A stretch of DNA of 46,351 bases from Octopus bimaculoides (taxonomy: Eukaryota): the NCBI RefSeq assembly GCF_001194135.2, contig NC_068998.1, forward strand, positions 44,522,902 through 44,569,252, in the 5' to 3' direction. This document shows, in pieces, positions 11,501 through 24,694 of the stretch. The first letter of the stretch is position 1. Every line of letters begins with the position of its first letter. A program made the translations under genes and the position numbers. The notes beneath the pieces are model-generated. The model was not told where the DNA came from, did not search any database, and was given only the letters and a program-made list of their open reading frames with translations.

Positions 11501-12167
11501 TCCATGTTGTATTATTGTTTGTTGTTAAGTAATGTAAAAGTGAAGAAAGTAGCCTCAGAACCTGTCCTCTCTTGTCCCTGGGCTATAGCTCTGTTATTTC
11601 AGAAGTAGTGTTGGTGAAGTATTATTGTTTGCTTATGACATTAGCAATCCTACTCTCTTTCTCTCAAACACACACACATGCACTCTCTCTCTCTCTATCT
11701 CTCTCTCTCCTTCACAAGCATGTGCACACACAATGTAGGAAAGAAAATGAATGTTACCTTATTAGGTGTAATCTTGTGGAAATATTTATTTTCCACAGCT
11801 AAATGAATATATCAGTTCTACAAGTGTCGACTTGTTTGCTGCCCATTCAATACATTTCGCTACAGGAACATTTAGATTTAGTCATTATCTTTAGTCTGAT
11901 TTCACTAACACTGCCAAGACTACATTGAGCACCACCAACAGAGTTTAATGTTATGTGTTTTGCATTGTCCTTCTGTATTTTTAGGGGTTTCTATGATTTT
12001 ACTGTGTTTTTTCAATACATGTGACATTTCTAAGGACAGGTTGTAAAAGTGTACAGGCTTCCCTAGTCTTGTAGCCTTTTACAGATGACTGACCGATCTA
12101 TTGTTTGAGAAAAATACATCTAAATACTTTTTAAAAGACTCAAGTGAGGTCCTTTATTCAAACTCTC

Positions 12168-12318
12168 TAGTGTTGGTGCCACTCAGTGAAGTGGTCACCA
12201 ATAGGAAGGGCATCAAGTGATAGAAACCAGAGGCAAATAACTAAGACAGACCATGAGGACTCATCCATCCTATACCAGTTTGAAAAGAAGCAAACATAAA
12301 AATGATGATGATGATGAT
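12168..12318 (+). mobile_element. Decayed RTE-type 3' end with (GAT)n tail
   Basis: aataggaagggcatc...catccatcctataccag...aaaaatgatgatgatgatgat resembles 13947-14040. Confidence 0.55.
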
Positions 12319-12559
12319 AAACGGAACAACTTTGGTTCAAAAGCCAATGAGTACCCCCCCCCAAAAAAAAAAACCTATGTGAGTAGCTGAAATCAGATTC
12401 CATATTTGGATATCCTTGGTACATACATAGAAACAGCAATCAGCAAATATACCACAGTTTTGTAAAATCCTTAAAATGTCACCTGTTGTAAAAAGACCGG
12501 AATCAAGTTACATCATCTTGATTTAACAGTGGCTGCAAAAATGTGAATAATAACAAGCT

Positions 12560-13050
12560 AACAAAGGGGACCTCTACACTACATGATTCCTTGGTTGATA
12601 ATAAAAATAGCAGCAAAATTTCCCTCATATCACACCCTACTATCTTGGAAAAAGAAAGGTAACATTAAATAATTTACTCCAAGTTATACTCCTAAAAAGA
12701 TGGGTTGGTTATAATGGAATGTCTTTCATCATAGGTCTACTCAGTGAAGGCTGGCTCGGGTTAACATAAATAAAACCCAGTGCCAGCAATGTAACATTAA
12801 GGCCAGGCATGAGCAAACTTCTTTTGAGAAGCAGTTCTCATGAGTTATGACATCATCAGGCATGCTATAGTAAAATAAGTGAAGGTAATTTTTCATAAGG
12901 TATGCCATTTAGAAAGTCTCACAGACCACAGGTTGTTCATGACTGCTTTACACAGTCATTTGACATACTTGAAATAGTAGTCAAATCTCCTTCAATACCC
13001 ACTGTGTCATCTTAACTAAAGAAATATGCATTGAATAATATAATCCTGAA
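12560..13050 (+). mobile_element. Two copies of unclassified family E (about 12560-12780 and 12930-13050)
   Basis: Shared aaatag(c/t)ag..aaat.tcc.tca.at...ccct/act..tctt...aaagaaa...cattraataat motif, also seen at 36040-36250 and reversed at 42190-42375. Confidence 0.6.
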
Positions 13051-13859
13051 CAAGCAGAATAAAAATTCCAAAGAAAAGAACCACAAGAAAATATAATGGG
13101 GAAAGTTCAATAAATGAATGAGTTAATGTTTTATTTTTTTATGTTTTATTTAACATATTGAACGAAATGATGAGTGGAAGAGCCTATGTTTGTTAAGCCA
13201 TTATATAAATTATGTTGTCTTTGTGTACAATTCATGTATTGTCATTTAATAATGTATTTTCTGTTTAATTACTTTGATTATTATTTATATTATTTCCTTG
13301 TCCTACGACTTTATTTCCTTTCACTAAAAAAAGAAATTGTGGTGGTCATTGGATGACCTGGGGCTAAACAACACAACAGGATCAACAATGAAATTACACA
13401 CCAGTTGTCAGATAACTCAGAAATTCAACATCGAATTATTTCCTCTCTCACTCTCTTTTTTTTTTTTAATTTCTATGAGAAAATTAACTGATCAAACAAA
13501 TCATTCTAACGACATTTCTGTCATGATTATGGTCATGTTAATAAATATTTATGATAAAGATGTATGGTCAGCAATTTTAAAAGACAGAATTTTGTTCAGA
13601 GAAACTTTGCCTCTACTGTGTAAATCATTTTATTGTAACTCATTATATAGAAAACAAACTTGAGCTAAGGGAAATAACTCAAATATGCCCATGGCAAATA
13701 TTGAGAAAGATCAAGTATGTATGCATGTACAGAATGCCATATGGAAGAATATTTCAGGAGTTTGAGAAGAAAACATTATCGGCATTTCTTTCTAACTAAA
13801 AAATAAAATTGGTCATAAGTCCAGTAAATTAAGAAAGGGAGTGTGCACATATGTATATA

Positions 13860-13901
<42 letters not shown>

Positions 13902-13946
13902 ATGGTTATATAGATAGAATCAGTTATCAATATATATTGTTGTTGA

Positions 13947-14040
13947 GATGACTGGTGTAGCCATCTGGTTCACCAGTCCTCAGTCAAATCGTTCAACCCA
14001 TGCTAGCATGGAAAGCGGACGTTAAACGATGATGATGATG
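13947..14040 (+). mobile_element. 5'-truncated RTE-type LINE 3' end, relatively young
   Basis: caacccatgctagcatggaaagcggacgttaaacgatgatgatgatg is a typical RTE 3' end with a (GAT)n tail. CpGs are retained. No clear TSD. Confidence 0.7.
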
Positions 14041-14473
14041 TAGAGTGAAATATATATTTAAAGTGAATGAACTTTTTGTGATAATACATTGTAACTTCAA
14101 GTTTCATGTTCAGTTTTGCCAAGCAATCATCAAACACAACTAAGACACTTTTAGAATATTTGTGATATATAGAACATTATTATAAAGAAATTTCTGATGT
14201 TGCAGTTTGAGCAAAAAAAGATAGATAAATAAATAAATAAATAAATAAATAGTTGTCAGGATCATAATTCATATATAAATATACTTAGTGGCTATTTATT
14301 TCTTTTGCGTAGTAAGACATAGCGTAGTTGAAGAACTTCAAAAAAGATATGTAAAGTGACTGACTTAAAAAAGACATGACTAGGGAAAAGCATAAAAATA
14401 CTGCTACATGGGACATGAATATGGGAATTCAAAAAAGTTGAAAATATAATGTGCCTCTAAAAATCCCAATATA

Positions 14474-14992
<519 letters not shown>

Positions 14993-15334
14993 ATATGTTT
15001 GACTTGTTAGATTCTTCATTCAGCAGGTGTCTTCCATAGCAAAAGATTTGGTCGAAATAGAACCTCAGTTGTAAGCACTCCACCCATTTCTTAGTCCCAT
15101 AAGAATACTTATTCATGGAAGTTTATAACACACACATTCTTTCATTAATTATACAGTCTTGCTGTTGTTAGAAAGAGTTACATATACTCTGATGATTTTC
15201 TATGGTGACACCCTCCCTATCACGAATACACAGACATCACTCTGCCAAAAAATTGTGTCGCAAAAACTAGGATTCAATTTTAGAGCCAAAGAAAGCTCTT
15301 TATTCTATATTACATACCTATTACGCATGTGCCT

Positions 15335-15760
15335 GTATTTATAATTAAATGTGTGTTTGTGTGATTTTAATTTAACATGTGATTTTGATGTGTTTCTACT
15401 TGAATGTGTATGCTTTTATAATTCAATATGAGCATGTTTCTAACTAAGTATATTTATTACTGGATGTGTATATCTGTTTCTAAAAGGATATGTGTAAGTG
15501 AATAGCTATATAAAAAATATAACTGAATATATGTTTGTGTATGCATTTATAACTAAATATTTATATGTGTTTACAACTGAATATGTGTAAGCACTTATAA
15601 TTGAATATATGACTACATCTGTAAGTGAAGTTGTATGTGTGTATACGTTTAATTTACCATATGAGCATAGTTTTATTTAATTATTCTTGTGTTTATAAAT
15701 GAAAGTGTATATGTAACTAAATGTGCATGAGCTTAGAATTCAGTGTGTATCTCTTTAGGA
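15335..15760. repeat. Degenerate minisatellite, about 22-24 nt unit, consensus near TATAACTGAATATGTGTATGCTT
   Basis: Units include tataactaaatatttatatgtgtt, tacaactgaatatgtgtaagcact, tataattgaatatatgactacatc and tataattcaatatgagcatgtt. Confidence 0.65.
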
Positions 15761-15884
15761 GTTGACTATGTGTCTCTGTTTCTAATTAAACGTATGTGTA
15801 TACAGGGTGTTACCTCCAGCATAAATATTGTAATTAATGTGTAATAGCTGTTTGTATGCAAACATGACATGCATGCATACATAC

Positions 15885-15968
<84 letters not shown>

Positions 15969-17187
15969 GATTATATATACATACACACACCTGTGTATCA
16001 TAGTGAATGAAGGTTCATCCAGGCATGAATGGGATGTGCTTGATGCATGTATATGAACATGCCTTACAGTTACGAGTCTATTTGAATAGGTCTATGTTTG
16101 TCTGTAAATAAGTTATGTGTTTTTTACCTGGTTATGCGAATGAGTTTTTACTCTTTCAACATGTGTGCAAGTGTGTGTGTGTGAGTGTCTGTTTGTGTGT
16201 GTGCATGTGTGTGTCATGATTTACATAGCAGAAAAGCGAAATGCTGTGTTAATGTGGCTATGTACTATATTTTCTGTGAGATAGAAAAAAAATATATTTA
16301 CGCATCTGTGTACTGTGTTTGAAAGCAAGACGGTATGTTTAGTCATTAGTGAATGTGTGAACATACCTGATTATTTCAAATAATGTGTTCGTGAGAGAGA
16401 AAGAGAGAGAGAGAAAGAGGTGGGGGAGAGGTGAACATGTTTAGGTATGTGACGATGGTGTTTTCTGTTTGTCTTTTTTTAATGTGATTCTGTGTTTGAG
16501 AGAGTATGGATTGTATGTGTGGGTGAGAGAGTGTATGTGTGTGTGTGTATGTGTGTGTGTGTGTAAGGGAGAAAGAGAGAATATTTGTGTAAGTGTGCAT
16601 GCATGTATGTGTGAGAGAAGTGACAGAGGGAGAGTGTCTGCAAGAGAGGGAAAGAAAATGAACGTGTGTGCGTGCGTGTGCATGTAAAGTATTCAATAAA
16701 GAAGATATTGATGTGAAAGTTTGGTTGGTTGCCTAAATTATCTCCCAATCTCAGCTGTATTTAAGTCACCAGACAAAACAATAAAACACACACATACACA
16801 CAAATGCATCCACACACACACACACATGTAGACTCCTTCTTTCACTCTTTTACATCTCTTTCTCCCTCTCTCAATCATTTTCTCTCTCTCTCATATCTCC
16901 TATTCTCTCTTACCCCCTCTCTCCCTCTTTGTCTATCATTCTATATTTCTTCGTCTATCTCTCTTTTTCTCAATCTTTATTACATACTCTCTCTCCCTCT
17001 CTCTCTCACTCTGTTTCTCCCTCTCTCTTTCTTTACTTTACTATTAATTCACCACTGTTAATTTTTCTTCTTTCTTCTCAAAACAATAACTTCATTAAAA
17101 ATAGAAATTAAAATAATAATGATTATAATAACCAATAATAATAATAATAATAATAGTTATAACAACAACAACAGCAATAATGTTATA

Positions 17188-17290
17188 GATTTCTATGCTA
17201 GAATTCTAGTTAAACCTTTAATTCTAATAAATAGACGTATTTTTATTTTATTGTCATATATGAATTCAGCTGTATGATGAGGCAGTCAAG
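17188..17290 (+). repeat. Unclassified repeat F, copy 1
   Basis: Exact 19-mer attctagttaaacctttaa at 17203-17221 and 18833-18851, with colinear similarity through ttattgtca...aattca(g/c)ctg. Confidence 0.6.
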
Positions 17291-17864
17291 TAAAATATTC
17301 TCTTGAAAAACTGAAACTGTATTTCTTAAATTCTTTTATTTCACTTTACTCAATTTATTTTTGTCATTTTAAATATTCGTTACAGATGTAATAGCTTTCG
17401 TACAATTTATAAATTTTTGTCACTATTTGTTAAATTTATCAATGCAATCATCTCGTCTTCGTGTAGTCATTCTGGAGTCTGTTAGAGTTTTCCTTTAAGT
17501 GTGTAGGTGTGTGTGTGAGTGTTGTTCTTGTTGTTGTTGCTAATTTTGTCTTGGAGTGCTTGCTCCTCTGAATATGCTAAGACATGTCTTGTTATTTTTT
17601 TTGTATTTTATAATGATTTCAGTCAGTGGGCTGTGACCAAGCTGGAGCACTGTCTCAAGAAATCATATGAATCCTTAGGATTTTTTACAGTTCAATACTT
17701 ATTTTATTGATCATGATTATTGATTGGCTGAGTTATTTTTCTCATAAATGATACAATTCTGCACATTATTTTATACCAGCATATATATATATATATATAC
17801 TTGTAAATGGATGTGTGGTGTTCAATTAAATAATAATATAAATACTACACTCAACAGAGTGTAG

Positions 17865-18095
17865 TGGGTGCTTTTTACATGGTACCAGCACCAGTGTTTT
17901 TTACATGGCACCAGTATTAATGCTTCTTACATGACACCAGCACACACATCTATGATTTTTACATGGCACTTTGGTTTTAGGATCTCAATTCTGTTGTGGT
18001 TCGCAGATCATCTCAAGTACAGCATTGTGCCACATATGTCAGTCCTCTGTCATCTCCTTCATTAGATTCAGCATTTCAAGATCGACCTTCATCCA
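17865..18095 (-). mobile_element. RTE LINE remnant: ORF C-terminus plus reiterated 3' UTR
   Basis: Minus strand reads MKVDLEMLNLMKEMTED*HMWHNAVLE, similar to the RTE C-terminal pattern DL..L.L..EMT.DR..W..AV. The stop at 18039-18041 sits at the expected Arg (CGA>TGA). Four ttttacatggcacc-like motifs follow. Confidence 0.7.
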
Positions 18096-18817
18096 TCTAG
18101 CTATACATATAGTTAGATAGATGAACGTCAGTCAGTCTGCCAGTAGACCAGTCTCATTCACTCAATCTCCTTAACCAAATTCCTCTAAGACATTTGTGAA
18201 CTTGAGGTTTAAGTAAAAATGCTTCCCCACAGGTCCTGGTCAGCAGGGTTTAACCTGGTGTGAAAGGGAACTAAAATCACTGGAAAATGTTTTTTAAATT
18301 AGCCCAGTTAAAAATGTCACAAGAAAAATGTCACATTTCATTTCATTTCAGTAGCATGAATTAATAGTTACAGTGACTGAACAATTATTTTTATTACTTT
18401 TCAACCACTACCACATGACTTGTACGCAATGAAGACACAATTTTTATCATGGTATTACATGTTTGTGAAAAGAAATCGTATTTCATTTAATAACTAAAAT
18501 AAAACAATTGAAACAATAAATTTTTTAAGAATTTGAATTTTCTTCTATAAGAATTGTTTTTTTTGTTTTCATGGGTTTGAACCTTGAAGCACTCAATCAG
18601 AAAAGCAAACTTCTTAGCCACACAGCCATGATTATCTCACTGATTATTAGTTTCCTGACTAAAAACTAAACCTTATAACTAGAATATATATTTTATTGGT
18701 TAAGTAGACCGATATAGAATTTGTAGTACATGTGGACAATTATTGAACTTTCTTTCTCAATGTTGCTGTTAACAATGATTTTACTGTAAAGAAGAGAGAG
18801 AGAAAAAAAATGCTATT

Positions 18818-18945
18818 GATTTTCTAGTTAATATTCTAGTTAAACCTTTAAATCCAATCACCAGACATTTTAATTTTTTTTAAATTTATTTATCTGTTTA
18901 TCTTTTGTATCTTATTGTCAGTTGTAAATTCACCTGAATGGAACA
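18818..18945 (+). repeat. Unclassified repeat F, copy 2
   Basis: See 17188-17290. Confidence 0.6.
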
Positions 18946-19072
18946 GTGGAGTCTGATAGTCTCTAAACTAATATTTCTATCTCACCCCTTCCTCTTACAC
19001 TGCTCTCTCCAATAAAATCAAAATTAGAATATATATACATATAAATATATATATATATGCAAATTCTCTTAC

Positions 19073-19190
19073 AAATATTTCTTTCTCTGTCTGTAATGGA
19101 GTCGTAACTGAGTTGTATTAATTCTCCGACAATGTCTAAGCAAATCAAATCTCCTCTTACAAACTCTGCCTGCAGCTTTCATTTCATTGT
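19073..19190 (-). CDS. Best candidate internal exon, 118 nt: (D)NEMKAAGRVCKRRFDLLRHCRRINTTQLRLHYRQRKKY(F/L)
   Basis: About 40-nt T-rich tract ending ...ttttttatctttgatag, donor TTT|gtaaga, only one frame open (phase 1 to phase 2), GC above the flanks, CpGs retained. Product not recognised. Confidence 0.5.
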
Positions 19191-20077
19191 CTATCAAAGA
19201 TAAAAAACAAAAACAGAAAACAAAAAAGAAAACTCATTATTTCTCTGCCCAAATATGAGAGACAAAGAAATAATAATAATAATAATAATAATATGAATAC
19301 CATACAAATCTCCATGTATCAGACCCTAACTAAAAAACTGAAAAGATTAAAGCTCATTGTAGTTGTTGTTGCTATTCTTACAACACTTTTTCTTTATTTT
19401 ATGGGTTTTTATGCGAGAGGAAATTTTTAATTGACTACTGCACACTAATGAAACATTTGTCAATTATATAGTCCTCCTGCTGTCTACATTGATGGACTGT
19501 AACTTCTCAAGCAGGAAAGCCTTGTTCATAGGAATATTAAAGTTAGTTCTGACTTTCTAAGTGGTAGCACAGAATATTATATGAGACAGGATTGAATATT
19601 TAGGCTGCTGTTTGTATGAATATCTCTCTGAAGTTTTATGCTCCAGGTTTGGAAGATGTTTAGTTTATTATTTCTTTACGGAAGGTTTCCAAATGGCTCT
19701 ACATGCTAAATATAGCTTTAGTTACTCCCTATAGAACATCGTTGTTCTTTGCTCAACAATGTTCAGTCAAAACAATTACAGAATCACAGTTGATTCCTTG
19801 ATAATAACTAGTAATCCAGTAGATAAAACATGTACAGGAATTTTCATACAAGAATCCACTATGAGCTACAGGATGCTTTCTAATAAGTACTGTCAATGAA
19901 AATATTAATAAAAATATGAGAAAGAATGCAGTTGTTAATGATACATTGCACAGGCCTACCAAAGGTCCCACATTTTGAGTACAAGGGAGATTGAGTCAGC
20001 AAAATTTAACTAAAATGGTTATTGATCTTGTACAGAGTCTGAGACAAAATATAAAAGTTTATCAGCAAATATTTTAC

Positions 20078-20135
20078 CAACAGGGCCACCTGCAACTTCA
20101 CAAAATATTAAAGCAAACCAGAGTTCTGCTAACAT
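20078..20135 (-). CDS. Candidate start-codon exon encoding signal-peptide-like MLAELWFALIFCEVA(GGPV)
   Basis: ATG at 20135 with A at -3. T-rich acceptor region upstream (20160-20200). Two phase-1 donors (GCAG|gtggcc and TTG|gtaaaa) are compatible with 19073-19190. Two plus-strand frames are also open here, so the call is ambiguous. Confidence 0.25.
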
Positions 20136-20710
20136 CCTGTCTAAACTTCAAATTTCATTCTACATCAAAGGTAGCAACAAAAAACAAAACAAAAAAAAAA
20201 CTACTTTTTTTTTTCATTTTCGTCAAATTTCTACACAAATCCCATACTTATCCTATTGCTATGCTTCAAACGCGTCTTGCGATTGAATAAATCAAGTCCT
20301 GTTAATGTTTCAGAATTCTTTTAAAATTTTGTTACCTATGATACTAAAGTGCGTTGTCAATAAATCTTTTTACTTTCATTTCTTTTTGCTTCTCTCCCTT
20401 ATTGCAATCGCTTATGAAAGAACGCCCCTTATGTAATAAATATTCTATGAATCTATACAGGTCTAGAAGGAATAATGTAGTTTTCATGTCTTTACTATGG
20501 AAGGATTATCTATGAATACATTATATATTTACTGTCATTTACTGTGTAAACTATCTCCCCACAAGCCAGCAATATTTTATGTCTTTGAATAATATTGCCT
20601 ATCTGTGTTGTGTTTCTCTGCTTCCGTCAGATATTGATCCACCCTTCACCCAAAGTAACCCTCCACAGTGAATATCTGTCTTCATTTGATAACGTGTATA
20701 GTTGAATACA

Positions 20711-20747
<37 letters not shown>

Positions 20748-21185
20748 ACACGCATAATGGATGGTGGCATCTCACTCATTTGAGATGTAATAAAGCAAAA
20801 AATAAGAAAAAAAANNNNNNNNNNNNNNNNNNNNNNNNNNNNNNNNNNNNNNNNNNNNNNNNNNNNNNNNNNNNNNNNNNNNNNNNNNNNNNNNNNNNNN
20901 NNNNNNNNNNNNNNNNNNNNNNNNNNNNNNNNNNNNNNNNNNNNNNNNNNNNNNNNNNNNNNNNNNNNNNNNNNNNNNNNNNNNNNNNNNNNNNNNNNNN
21001 NNNNNNNNNNNNNNNNNNNNNNNNNNNNNNNNNNNNNNNNNNNNNNNNNNNNNNNNNNNNNNNNNNNNNNNNNNNNNNNNNNNNNNNNNNNNNNNNNNNN
21101 NNNNNNNNNNNNNNNNNNNNNNNNNNNNNNNNNNNNNNNNNNNNNNNNNNNNNNNNNNNNNNNNNNNNNNNNNNNNNNNNNNNNN

Positions 21186-21245
<60 letters not shown>

Positions 21246-21965
21246 TATATATATATATATATATATAATATAAAGAGAGAGAGGGGGGAGAGGGAGAGTA
21301 CACACACATATCAAGTACAGGGTGAGGAAGACATGAAATTTCTCTAAGGAAATTTTAATGCCCTTTTCAAAAGTTCTATTTTGTTTTAAGTCCTTTTATT
21401 TTAATCATTTTAAGAAGAAAATTTGCAAGGCAAGCTGACAGTGGTACATATAAAATTGTGAAATGATGCAAATTTATATTTTATAGCTTTATTTCTATAG
21501 ATCATTTATCATTGTATCATTTTCCTTTTTGTTGTTTGTTTTCTGTAATCATTAGTGTAATGAATTTTTTAAATCTAAACATTATTTTGTGTGTGTGTAT
21601 GTGTTTTTGTGTCTGTGTGACTTTGTGTCATAATTTCATTTCATGTGAGTCTCTGCTTGCTTCTCATCATTTGTAATGTCTTATCTTGTTTCAGCAGTAA
21701 AGATTTAATAACTTAAGTGACAACAAAGTTAATATTTCCAAGAAAATGAAATAATTTAAGATCTTAATTAGTCACTCCTAACAGAGGGGTAAAAAGGTTC
21801 TCAGATAAAATAGAAACATTTAGAAATCCATTTGTTTAGTCAAGATAAATAGTTTAGATAGCCTTTATTGTTATACCCTGATGAAGCCAAAAAGTTAAAA
21901 GGAGAAAATATTAAAAAAAAAATGAAAGATTACATTTATGTAGCTATCATTTTATTTGTGTGTAT

Positions 21966-21966
21966 G

Positions 21967-22008
<42 letters not shown>

Positions 22009-22009
22009 G

Positions 22010-22040
<31 letters not shown>

Positions 22041-22082
22041 CATTTGTGTGTCTATCTACTTATCTATCTATCAATCTATCTC
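21966..22082. repeat. (CTAT)n tetranucleotide microsatellite, interrupted
   Basis: Direct reading: tctatctatctatc... Confidence 0.95.
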
Positions 22083-22102
22083 TCCATAGTATATATATAA
22101 GT

Positions 22103-22161
22103 CCATGTAATTGACTTAGCCCTCCCCAAAAATTTCAGGTCTTGTACCTATGGCAGAAAGG

Positions 22162-22205
<44 letters not shown>

Positions 22206-22397
22206 GGTGACAAGCTAGAAGAACCATTAGTGCACCAGGCATTTCATTCAGCCTTGCATTCTGAGTTCAAATTCAATCGAGGTCAACCTTGGCTTTCAGC
22301 CTTTCAAGGTGAATGAAATAAGTAACAATTATACACTGGGGTCAGTGTAATCAACTAGCCCCTTCTGCAAAATTTGAGGCCTTGTGCCTATAGCAGA

Positions 22398-22446
<49 letters not shown>

Positions 22447-22447
22447 G
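22103..22447 (+). mobile_element. SINE B tail + (ATT)n, followed by a full SINE B + (ATT)n
   Basis: Tail aaaatttcagg(t/c)cttgt(a/g)cctat(g/a)gcagaaag-like occurs twice, each followed by (ATT)n. The second copy has gagttcaaattc. Confidence 0.8.
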
Positions 22448-22690
22448 AGAGAGTAGTGCATGCCATCAAAGTGACACTGGGGTAAAAATATAAAAAACCC
22501 ATTATACCTATCATGACTACCAACCTGATAAGGGTACACCAGGCACATGCATCACAACCATGTGTGTGTGATATTAAGATCTCATGGGGCCTAGTTAGAA
22601 TTTTCTTCAGGTCGAGTAGCCCATCCTGCTCAAAAGGTCCCTGAAAAAGGATTGTTTAAGGATGTTGAATGAACCCATTTTTTCCGGAGT
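22447..22690. mobile_element. Interspersed repeat fragment, class uncertain
   Basis: gagagagtagtgcatgccatcaaagtgacactggggtaaa...caggtcgagtagcccatcc. Recalled as an abundant Octopus repeat; no second copy in this window. Confidence 0.4.
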
Positions 22691-22703
22691 TGTATTATTG
22701 TTG

Positions 22704-22751
<48 letters not shown>

Positions 22752-23046
22752 GGGAAGATCACAAGTAGAAGACCATAAAGATGAATTTTAATCCTTTAAT
22801 TAGCTTTCTCTCAGCATGCCATTAGTTTGGTCTCAAGAAGTGAAGTTGACTTCTCTGAGTTACTCTTCAGTAGCACAAACAACTTATATATATATCGATT
22901 CCTGACAGTATAACTTAATAAAAGAACAGCTTCCAAGTGATTAAGATAACGAAGAACAATTACTCACACTTAATGAGATTGTTTATTAATAGTAAATGAA
23001 TAGAAAAGAATGGAATAAGCAGCTGGGTTGTCATGAGAGACATTAG

Positions 23047-23093
<47 letters not shown>

Positions 23094-24117
23094 GAGAGAG
23101 GTGACAAAACTGGTACAGACATGTTAAGTGAAAAAGAGGAAAATGTATTGATGGAGTTTTTAGAAAAATGTTGTGAAGTTTCTCATTAAAGAGTGTAAAC
23201 TCAGGAAGACTTGGAAATAATGAGTGAGGTGATATTTTATTGATGCTAGAAGTAACCAAGGAGCCACAACAGCTTCCATGTATCTGGTGTGGTTTCTTGT
23301 TACAAAAGGACTTCTTTACCAACATACTTCAACTTTTGACCTTCACTTACAGATGTCAATGTAATTCACTTACCTAATCCCCGAAATTGCTGGCCTTGTA
23401 CCAAAATTTGAAACCATTTTTAAACCTTTATATGCAATGTATATGTCCCTTCTATTTCAGTGTATACCATGTATACTTACCTTACTTTTTTTTCTTTCTT
23501 ATTACGTCATATATGAACCCCCAACACTTTGTGTCTGTCTTTGTATTTTGCCCCTTGTGGCAAATAAATGAAATTATTGTTATTATTATTATTATTACTA
23601 AGTTATAAATATCCAGAAAATAAAGGGGAAAAACAGTAATTAGTAAGAAGAAAGACTTGATCTCTACATATAGGTCTATTAAAAAATGCAAATGATTTCT
23701 TAATTATTGTATAAACGTGGACTAGGACACAACTAAAATTGTATTTCTTTTTAATTTGTTTCTTTTGTTCTGTGTTTATGAGAATTGTATATTAAAAAGA
23801 AATCATATGTGTATGTACTTTGTGTGTATGGCTGAGTCTGTATGTTTACCAGACATCAGAATGAAGCAGCTGGCTAAAAAGTGAAGAATGGAAAAGTAGC
23901 TGGTAACGAAAAATATATATAAGAAAACAATGAACTGAATGAGACAAAAAGAGTAAGTTGCTGAAGGTGGGAAACAGGAAAAGACTCTGAGCTATTATAA
24001 ATACCTTTTTTGTCTGTTTAGTCTCTTTTTATGATATTTGTTGTTTTTATCCATCCCCCACAATTTTTGTGTTATACAAAAGTTGATTTAATGTTGATAT
24101 TTATACTTATATAATAT

Positions 24118-24369
24118 GTTGGTACTCCATTGCTTATGATGTCGAGGGTTCCAGTTGATCCGATCAGCAGAACAGCTTGCTGGTGAAATTAACGTGCAAG
24201 TGGCTGAGCATTCCACAGACACATGTTCGCCACTATCCGCTACCGGAGCCTCGTGGAGCTTTAGGTGATTTCCCTCAATAAACACTCACAACACCCAGTC
24301 TGGGAATCGAAACCGCGATCCTTTGACCGCGAGTCCGCTGCCCTAACCACTGGGCCATTGCGCCTCCAC
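24118..24369 (-). mobile_element. SINE family D head joined to the family C 3' module, with 11-bp TSD
   Basis: A box TGGCCCAGTGG and B box GGTTTCGATTCC. Exact flanking repeat ttatataatat at 24107-24117 and 24370-24380. Confidence 0.9.
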
Positions 24370-24694
24370 TTATATAATATATCAGTGAATAAACAGAATT
24401 GTCTAATGATAGCAGGGAGTGCATAGCAACTTGATCATTTTAGTTTTGCAAAATCTTATCAGAAGGATTGTCCCTGTGACTTAGAGATCAAGCCTTCTAA
24501 AAATTATATCATGCAAATTCCCCTTGAGAATTAATGGCTCACATGTCCGTGGAATATTCAGCCATCTACATGTTAATCCAATGAGTAGGTAGCTCACTTG
24601 ACTGAACAACTGAATATTCATTGTCTCAATACTGAAAGAAATCCATTCATTTAATAATAATAATAATAATAATAATAATGATGATGATGATGAT

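Noticed and set aside
19753-20290. ORFs 19753-19971 (-) and 19991-20290 (+)
   Set aside because: No recognisable domain. Their hydrophobic or Lys-rich character follows from strand T/A skew.
24290-24369. tRNA-like sequences at SINE heads (also 2620, 14484, 26990)
   Set aside because: They continue into SINE bodies, lack a complete cloverleaf, and have TSDs or multiple copies, so they are not tRNA genes.
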